Origin: Gemmatimonadales bacterium | Lineage (GTDB): Bacteria; Gemmatimonadota; Gemmatimonadetes; Gemmatimonadales; GWC2-71-9 | DNA length: 64,000 bases | Assembly (NCBI GenBank): GCA_041615815.1 | Contig: JBFJCP010000017.1 | Span: 1-64,000, forward strand | Direction of reading: 5' to 3' | The notes under the pieces: model-generated | Database searches by the model: none | Seen by the model: only the letters and a program-made list of their open reading frames with translations | Told to the model about the DNA's origin: nothing | Position numbers and translations under genes: made by a program | Part shown: in pieces, positions 58,129 through 64,000 of the stretch | Position numbering within the stretch: position 1 is the stretch's first letter | How the letters are laid out: each line of letters opens with the position of its first letter

Positions 58129-59271
58129 GTGCTGGTGGTGCACGTGAGCTGTCATCTTGACCCCGCCGGGCGTCCTCCCGAGGAACTGCTCGCGGCTTGG
58201 CCCACACTCACCGACGTGGCGGCGGCAGCGCAAGGCGAGGACGTCGAGATCACCGTGCTCCAGGCGGCAGAGCGGGATCTGGTGGTGAACCATGGCGGCG
58301 TTGCATGTCACTTCGTCGCCGAGCGCCCGTCCCGCGCACCGGCGCGGCTCATCGGTTCCCCGCCTGCCGCGGTTGGCCGACGCCTCGTCGAGCAGACCAG
58401 GAGGCTCGGTCCGGCCATTGTCCATTTCCACGGACTACGCTTTCCGTTTCAGATCCGGGGCTTCACGGCAGGGCTTCGGCAGACACCGGTGCTGGTGCAG
58501 GAACACAAAGACCGTGTACCCCGCGTGTGGCGCCGTCCCATTCATCGATGGGGGTTGCGCGATGTCGCAGGCGTGGCATTCACTGCCCGCCGTCAGGCCG
58601 ATCCGTTTCTGGCGCAGCGTGTCTTGCGGCCGGGGGTCTCGCTGTTCGAGATCGTCGAAACGTCGAGTCGGTTTGCGCCCGGCGATCGGGGCGCGGCTCG
58701 CACCCGTACCGGTCTCGTTGGCGATCCCTGTCTCGTCTGGATCGGCCACTTGAACGCCAACAAAGATCCGCTCACGGTGCTGGAAGCCGTGCGTCGGGCG
58801 GTGCCGCATCTCAGGGATCCGCACCTCTGGTGCGTGTATCGTCATGCGCCCCTCTACGACTCGGTCATGGAGCATATCCACGGAGACGTCGCGTGGTCTC
58901 GACGCGTGCACCTCATCGGTGAGCGGCCGCACGCGGACATCGAGCACATTCTCCGCGCTGCCGACTTTTTGGTCTTGGGGAGTCACGAGGAGGGCAGCGG
59001 GTTCGCGGTGATCGAGGCATTGGCGTGCGGCACGGTCCCGCTCGTGACGGACATTCCCTCGTTTCGTCGGTTGACCGCGGATGGGACGGTGGGTGGGCTG
59101 GCGCCTCCGGGCGATCCGGAACGGTTTGCGCAGATGATCGTCGCGTGGGCGAACCGCAAGGGCCGCGACATGCGTACTGCCGCGCGTGCTTGGTTCGAGC
59201 GACAGCTCAGCTTCGAGGCGTTGGGTCGAGACCTGAGGAGCGCCTATCGTTCCCTCCGGGGAGGTGCATGA
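58129..59271 (+). CDS. Glycosyltransferase family 4
   Basis: IGHLNANKD and SHEEGSGFAVIEALACG. Confidence 0.85.
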   Translation: MLVVHVSCHLDPAGRPPEELLAAWPTLTDVAAAAQGEDVEITVLQAAERDLVVNHGGVACHFVAERPSRAPARLIGSPPAAVGRRLVEQTRRLGPAIVHFHGLRFPFQIRGFTAGLRQTPVLVQEHKDRVPRVWRRPIHRWGLRDVAGVAFTARRQADPFLAQRVLRPGVSLFEIVETSSRFAPGDRGAARTRTGLVGDPCLVWIGHLNANKDPLTVLEAVRRAVPHLRDPHLWCVYRHAPLYDSVMEHIHGDVAWSRRVHLIGERPHADIEHILRAADFLVLGSHEEGSGFAVIEALACGTVPLVTDIPSFRRLTADGTVGGLAPPGDPERFAQMIVAWANRKGRDMRTAARAWFERQLSFEALGRDLRSAYRSLRGGA

Positions 59272-60380
59272 GGATCGGCGTCGTCGTTCCGGGCGGAGTG
59301 GATCGGAGCGGAACGCACCGCGTCATCCCGGCGCTCCTGTGGCTCCTGGAACGGCTGGCGAAAACGCACGACATGCAAGTCTTCGCCCTCCGCCAGGAGC
59401 CGCGGCCGGCGGAGTACGATCTCGTCGGTTGCCGGGTGACCAACACGGGAGCGCCGCCGGTGCACGTCCGCACGTTGATAGCCGTGGCGCGGGCCCACCG
59501 CGCGCGGCCCTTCGATGTCTTTCACGGCGTCTGGGCCACGGGACCCGGGGTCATCGCCGGTGCACTCGGCCGGCGGTTTGGCCGGCCCACGCTCCTCCAC
59601 GTTGCCGGAGGGGAGTTGACCTCGATCCCGGAGCTCCGCTACGGGGGGCTGCGTACCGTTCTCCGGGGCCGGGCGGTGCGGTGGGCCCTTGGTGCCGCCA
59701 CGAGGATTACCGGCGCGAGCACGGCGATCCTCGAGGAGGTCGCGGCCTTGGGGCACCACGCGCACGAACTCCCACTGGGTGTGGCCGCGGACCGTTGGCC
59801 GCGGCGGACGCCCGCGGCGCGCCGGCCTGGTGCTCCCGCGCGTCTCCTCCACGTCGGTAGCTTGAACACCGTGAAAGACCTGCCCACGTTGCTGCGGGCG
59901 GTGCGGACACTGGTGGACGAAGGACGTGACGTCCGCCTGGACCAAGTGGGCGAAGACACATTGCGGGGGGAGGTGCAGCGGTTGACGGGTGAGCTCAGCC
60001 TGACCGAACACGTCCGGTTCCACGGTTTCTTGCCCCACGATCGTGTGCGCCCGCTGATGGAGCGGGCGGATCTGCTCGTGGTTTCCTCGCGTCACGAGGC
60101 GGGCCCGGTGGCGGTGCTCGAGGCGGCCGTGGCCGGCGTGCCCGTCGTAGGCACAGCGGTGGGACACGTGCGCGATTGGGCGCCCGAGGCGGCGCGGGCC
60201 GTTCCCGTGGGCGATCATTGCGGTCTGGCGCGAGCGATTGCCGCGGTACTCGACGACGAGGAGTGTCGCGTGCGAATGGCGACGAAAGCTCAGACACGAG
60301 CGATGGATCGCGACGCAGACTGGACCGCGTCCGAGGTGCTTCGCCACTATGGGGAGCTCGTGCGACGGCACCAGTCGTGA
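59268..60380 (+). CDS. Glycosyltransferase family 4
   Basis: VGSLNTVKD and SRHEAGPVAVLEAAVAG. Confidence 0.85.
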   Translation: MRIGVVVPGGVDRSGTHRVIPALLWLLERLAKTHDMQVFALRQEPRPAEYDLVGCRVTNTGAPPVHVRTLIAVARAHRARPFDVFHGVWATGPGVIAGALGRRFGRPTLLHVAGGELTSIPELRYGGLRTVLRGRAVRWALGAATRITGASTAILEEVAALGHHAHELPLGVAADRWPRRTPAARRPGAPARLLHVGSLNTVKDLPTLLRAVRTLVDEGRDVRLDQVGEDTLRGEVQRLTGELSLTEHVRFHGFLPHDRVRPLMERADLLVVSSRHEAGPVAVLEAAVAGVPVVGTAVGHVRDWAPEAARAVPVGDHCGLARAIAAVLDDEECRVRMATKAQTRAMDRDADWTASEVLRHYGELVRRHQS

Positions 60381-61150
60381 TGTCGAGCACCGCGCGGACG
60401 GAATCCGCGGGGGAGGGCGTCCCTGAGCTCACCGTGGTGATTCCCGTGTACAACGAAGCGCCGCGGATCGGTGCGGTAATCCACTCGTGGGCTCGACAGT
60501 TGGACGGGCTCGCGATCGACTACGTGCTCCAGGTCTACGACGATGGATCGACGGATGGCACTGCCGACGCGCTGGCGAGGATTGAAGCGTCAGTCCCCCG
60601 CCTCCGAATCACCCACCATCCCAATCGTGGCCACGGTCCCACCATTCTGCGAGGCTATCGCGAGGCTCGTGGAAGGTGGGTACTCCAGGTGGATGGGGAC
60701 GGCGAGATCGATGCTCGGAGTATCACAGCGGCGTGGCCGCTCCGGGAGGAGCACGACATGGTGATCGGATTTCGGCGCGCCCGACGACTCCCGCCGGCAC
60801 GGCGCCTGTTGTCATGGAGCGCCAGACTAGTCGTCCGCATGGCGTTTGCGACGCGTCTGCGCGACGTCAACTGCCCATTTCGTCTCATGCGGCGCGATCG
60901 GCTCCGCGACATGCTGAACGAGATTCCCGACCAGACCTTTGCACCCAACGTCGCGCTGGCCGGGTTGGCACACGCCGCGGGATTACGTGTGGTCGAAGTG
61001 GCCGTGGAGACCCCGCCTTCAGGCCGCGCCGATCGTCGGGGTCACGCCAATTGGCACGTGTACCGTGGGGCGGCTCGCGCCATGTTCGACACGGTGCGAA
61101 TTGCGGCACGGCGTGGGCGCCGGCAGCGGCGGTCTGCGACCCGAGTGTGA
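60380..61150 (+). CDS. Glycosyltransferase family 2 (polyprenol-phosphate glycosyltransferase/DPM-like)
   Basis: VIPVYNE, DDGSTDGT, NRGHG, QVDGDG and RDVNCPFRL. Confidence 0.85.
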   Translation: MSSTARTESAGEGVPELTVVIPVYNEAPRIGAVIHSWARQLDGLAIDYVLQVYDDGSTDGTADALARIEASVPRLRITHHPNRGHGPTILRGYREARGRWVLQVDGDGEIDARSITAAWPLREEHDMVIGFRRARRLPPARRLLSWSARLVVRMAFATRLRDVNCPFRLMRRDRLRDMLNEIPDQTFAPNVALAGLAHAAGLRVVEVAVETPPSGRADRRGHANWHVYRGAARAMFDTVRIAARRGRRQRRSATRV

Positions 61151-62547
61151 TGAACGATCCTGGTCGCGTGGTCATCGTGGGGGCGGGACCCGCGGGTCTG
61201 GGGGCGGCCTACCGACTCGAAGAGCTGGGCCACGTGGACTACGTGATCCTGGAGGCGAGGGATCATCCCGGGGGGCTGGCCACCAGCGTCATCGATGCTC
61301 GCGGATTCACGTGGGACGTGGGCGGTCATGTCCACTTCAGTCACTACGACTACTACGACCGGGTTGTCGACCAGCTCCTGGGCGACCGCCGAGTGTACCG
61401 TGAGCGCGAAGCCTGGATTTGGTTCAAGGGCCGGTTCGTGCCCTATCCCTTTCAGTACAACCTCCGATACCTCGATCCCGAGGATCGGGATCATGCCGTG
61501 ACGGAGCTGCGGCGGGTGGCGACGAACCGAGCACGGCCGGCACGCAATTTCGATGGGTGGATCGAGCAGACCTTCGGGGCCGGCATCGCCGGTCTCTTCA
61601 TGCGTCCGTACAACGAAAAGGTGTGGGGCTACCCCCTCGAGACCTTGGGCATCGACTGGATCGGGGATCGGGTGGCGGTGCCGGACATCGACCGGGTGGA
61701 AGGCAACATTCGCGAGGGGCGCGACGACGTAGGGTGGGGGCCCAATAACCGCTTCGCCTATCCCTTGGAGGGTGGAACCGGCGCCTTGTGGCAGGCCCTC
61801 GCACGGGCGCTGCCGGAGGGTCGCATCGTGTTCGACACGTCCGTCCATCTGGTCGATCTCGCGAATCGCACGCTCGGTGTGAGCGATGGGCGGCGACTTT
61901 CCTTCGATACGCTGGTCTCGACGATGCCGCTGGATCGGCTCTGCGCCGCGTCAACCGGACTCGACGCGACCAGTCGGGCGTCCGCCCGTGGTTTCGTCCA
62001 CAGCGCGGTCCACATCGTGGGAATCGGGCTGCGGTACGGCCGGCCCAGCGCGCTCGACACGAAGTGCTGGATGTATTTCCCCAGCGGCCGGAGTCCCTAT
62101 CATCGCGTCACCGTGCTGTCGAACTACTCGCCGCGCAATGTCCCCGCGGGTGACGGCTATTGGTCGCTCATGGCCGAAGTCACGGAGACACCGACGCGGA
62201 CGGTGAGCGAACGCCGTGTCGTCGAGGAGGTCGCGGAGGCCCTCCGGCGCGATGGGCTGGTCACTCGCGACGCGAAGGTCGTGAGTACCTGGTACCGGCG
62301 TGAAGAGTACGGCTACCCCACGCCGTTTCTGGGTCGCGACGACCGGTTGGCCGTGCTGCTGCCGGCTCTGGAACGGCACCGGGTATTCTCCCGAGGTCGT
62401 TTTGGTGCGTGGCGCTACGAGGTGTCGAACCAGGATCATTCGTTCATGCAGGGTGTCGAGGTCGTGAACCGGCTCGTGGGGGTCGGCGAGGAGATCACTA
62501 TTCGTCAACCGCAGGTTGTGAACCGCCCACGGCGGACACCGTCCTAA
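61150..62547 (+). CDS. FAD-dependent enzyme resembling eukaryote-type UDP-galactopyranose mutase
   Basis: GAGPAG, GGHVHFSHY, FMRPYNEKVW, WGPN, YGYPTP and SRGRFGAWRYEVSNQDHSFMQGVE. Confidence 0.75.
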   Translation: MNDPGRVVIVGAGPAGLGAAYRLEELGHVDYVILEARDHPGGLATSVIDARGFTWDVGGHVHFSHYDYYDRVVDQLLGDRRVYREREAWIWFKGRFVPYPFQYNLRYLDPEDRDHAVTELRRVATNRARPARNFDGWIEQTFGAGIAGLFMRPYNEKVWGYPLETLGIDWIGDRVAVPDIDRVEGNIREGRDDVGWGPNNRFAYPLEGGTGALWQALARALPEGRIVFDTSVHLVDLANRTLGVSDGRRLSFDTLVSTMPLDRLCAASTGLDATSRASARGFVHSAVHIVGIGLRYGRPSALDTKCWMYFPSGRSPYHRVTVLSNYSPRNVPAGDGYWSLMAEVTETPTRTVSERRVVEEVAEALRRDGLVTRDAKVVSTWYRREEYGYPTPFLGRDDRLAVLLPALERHRVFSRGRFGAWRYEVSNQDHSFMQGVEVVNRLVGVGEEITIRQPQVVNRPRRTPS

Positions 62548-64000
62548 GGCCTGGTGAGGCCGCGAGCCGAATCGGCGGCGGCGCGGTGCCGCCCTTCGAG
62601 CCAGTACACCTCGATCCTTCCGTAGGTCGAATCCTCCACGACGCCCACGAGTCGGGCGTCCCGATCGCGCATGAAAGCCTCGAATTCCGGATGACGATGG
62701 GCGAATGCCCCACCGTCTGCGCCTACCATATGGACACCCGTGTAATTGTCCAGGAACACGATGTCGGGTGAGATCCGTTCGAGAGCGGTTCGGAACGGAA
62801 TGGGCTGATGATGAAAGCGCTCGTCACTGAGAAAGTGGGGAAGAAACCAGGATCGGTAGGGAACAAACGGGATCCCCAGCCAATTTTGCATTGCGCCGAG
62901 TACGATGCCGCCAGGCATGAGCAATGGCTCGAGACGCTGCTCGAACTCTGCATACGGGGTGATGTGGGCGGCGGTGGCGCGGCGGCGCTGGATCTGCAAG
63001 CTTCCCTCCGCCACGACCAGTGCGACGGCGACCACAAGGAGGGGTCGTATCCACGACGAGTGGCGCTGCGGGCGCCACAGGCGGACGCCAAGCCAGGAGA
63101 TCGCCACCACCGCTAGTGGCCAAGTGGCAATGGTGTAGAAGCGGAACTTGGCTTTGATGAGAAGAGCGAAGAGCAAGACCTGGCCCACGAGAGCGATGAG
63201 GAGGATCGCCGTATCGTTGGCAGTACGTCGCGTCGATGCGCGAGCGAGTAAGACCCCGGCGGTCGGAAGCGCGGCCACGACCAGCCAGGCGCCGGGCCGA
63301 AGGAGATAGGGGACGCCGCTGTCTGCCCGCCAATCCAGGAAACGAAATCGGTCGATTTCATGGACGAGATTCTGTACATAGAACTGCGGATCCAGCAGGC
63401 GAAAACGGTCGACAGCTACCAGGGTCTGACCTACGTAGTCCGGCCAGTACGCCCGGATCACGTAGAGCCATGGGGCGCAGACCAGCACGCACCCGGCTGT
63501 CACCGCGTACATGGGAACACGCGCTAGCGCGATCCAACCGTGCCGCCACAGAAGAGCGATCTGGAGCACCACGAGCCAAAACACGCCATACAGATGACTC
63601 ATGGTGGAGAGACCGATGACGAGGCCGGTCGCGAAGTGGAGCGCTCCGTTCGAACGCCGCTCCGCCAGGAGAAAGAGCCAGAATGCCAACATGCCGAATG
63701 CCGCTGCCATGACGTCCGGCCGAGCATAGCGGGCGAAATCGAGAAGCAAGATGCCGGTTTGTTCGCCACCGGTGCCGAGGCGGAGAAGGACGAGGAGCGT
63801 GGCCGCGACCGCAGCAGTTGCAGGACCGCCAAAGCGCCAACCAACGAGAAACACCCCAACGATGAGTACCGCGCCGGCAATGGCCGCGGGCAGGCGCATG
63901 GGCGCCAGTCCGACGCCCAAGATTTGGAAGGAGATCGCTTCGAGCAGCTGGGAAACCGGAGGGTACCATACGTAGTGATGCTCCGAGTTGTAATACCCCG
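62544..64000 (-). CDS. ArnT/PMT-like GT-C membrane glycosyltransferase (5' end beyond window)
   Basis: Frame stays open to the window edge (..HYVWYPP..GVGLAPMRLPA), with ARPD and many TMs. Confidence 0.75.
   Translation of the reverse strand, partial: GYYNSEHHYVWYPPVSQLLEAISFQILGVGLAPMRLPAAIAGAVLIVGVFLVGWRFGGPATAAVAATLLVLLRLGTGGEQTGILLLDFARYARPDVMAAAFGMLAFWLFLLAERRSNGALHFATGLVIGLSTMSHLYGVFWLVVLQIALLWRHGWIALARVPMYAVTAGCVLVCAPWLYVIRAYWPDYVGQTLVAVDRFRLLDPQFYVQNLVHEIDRFRFLDWRADSGVPYLLRPGAWLVVAALPTAGVLLARASTRRTANDTAILLIALVGQVLLFALLIKAKFRFYTIATWPLAVVAISWLGVRLWRPQRHSSWIRPLLVVAVALVVAEGSLQIQRRRATAAHITPYAEFEQRLEPLLMPGGIVLGAMQNWLGIPFVPYRSWFLPHFLSDERFHHQPIPFRTALERISPDIVFLDNYTGVHMVGADGGAFAHRHPEFEAFMRDRDARLVGVVEDSTYGRIEVYWLEGRHRAAADSARGLTRP

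Overview
GC-rich bacterial window (by eye about 65% GC; gene repertoire suggests Gemmatimonadota, which is inference only). It is almost entirely one large surface/exopolysaccharide super-locus. Core machinery: Wzc, two SLBB/Wza-type exporters, a Wzz-like protein, a Wzy/O-antigen-ligase-like polymerase, a flippase, three priming sugar transferases and ten other glycosyltransferases. Precursor and modification genes: glmS, wecB, a diamino-sugar set, two asnB-type amidotransferases, a sulfate uptake/PAPS module and a eukaryote-type UDP-galactopyranose mutase-like enzyme. Regulation: a histidine kinase plus sigma-54 activator, with recurring sigma-54 promoter, enhancer and IHF-like sites in the intergenic regions. 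The standout is a cassette at 5.2-12.6 kb: a PltA-like flavin halogenase, a prolyl-carrier dehydrogenase, a proline-type adenylation enzyme and a carrier protein, i.e. a (halo)pyrrole-2-carbonyl starter pathway. No PKS or multimodular NRPS is in the window; instead the carrier gene is coupled to a fused MBOAT-SGNH acyltransferase. This suggests a Dlt/Alg-like route that decorates a polysaccharide with halogenated pyrrolyl groups. No rRNA, tRNA, CRISPR array or mobile element was seen. All family calls come from motif recognition; no database search was run.
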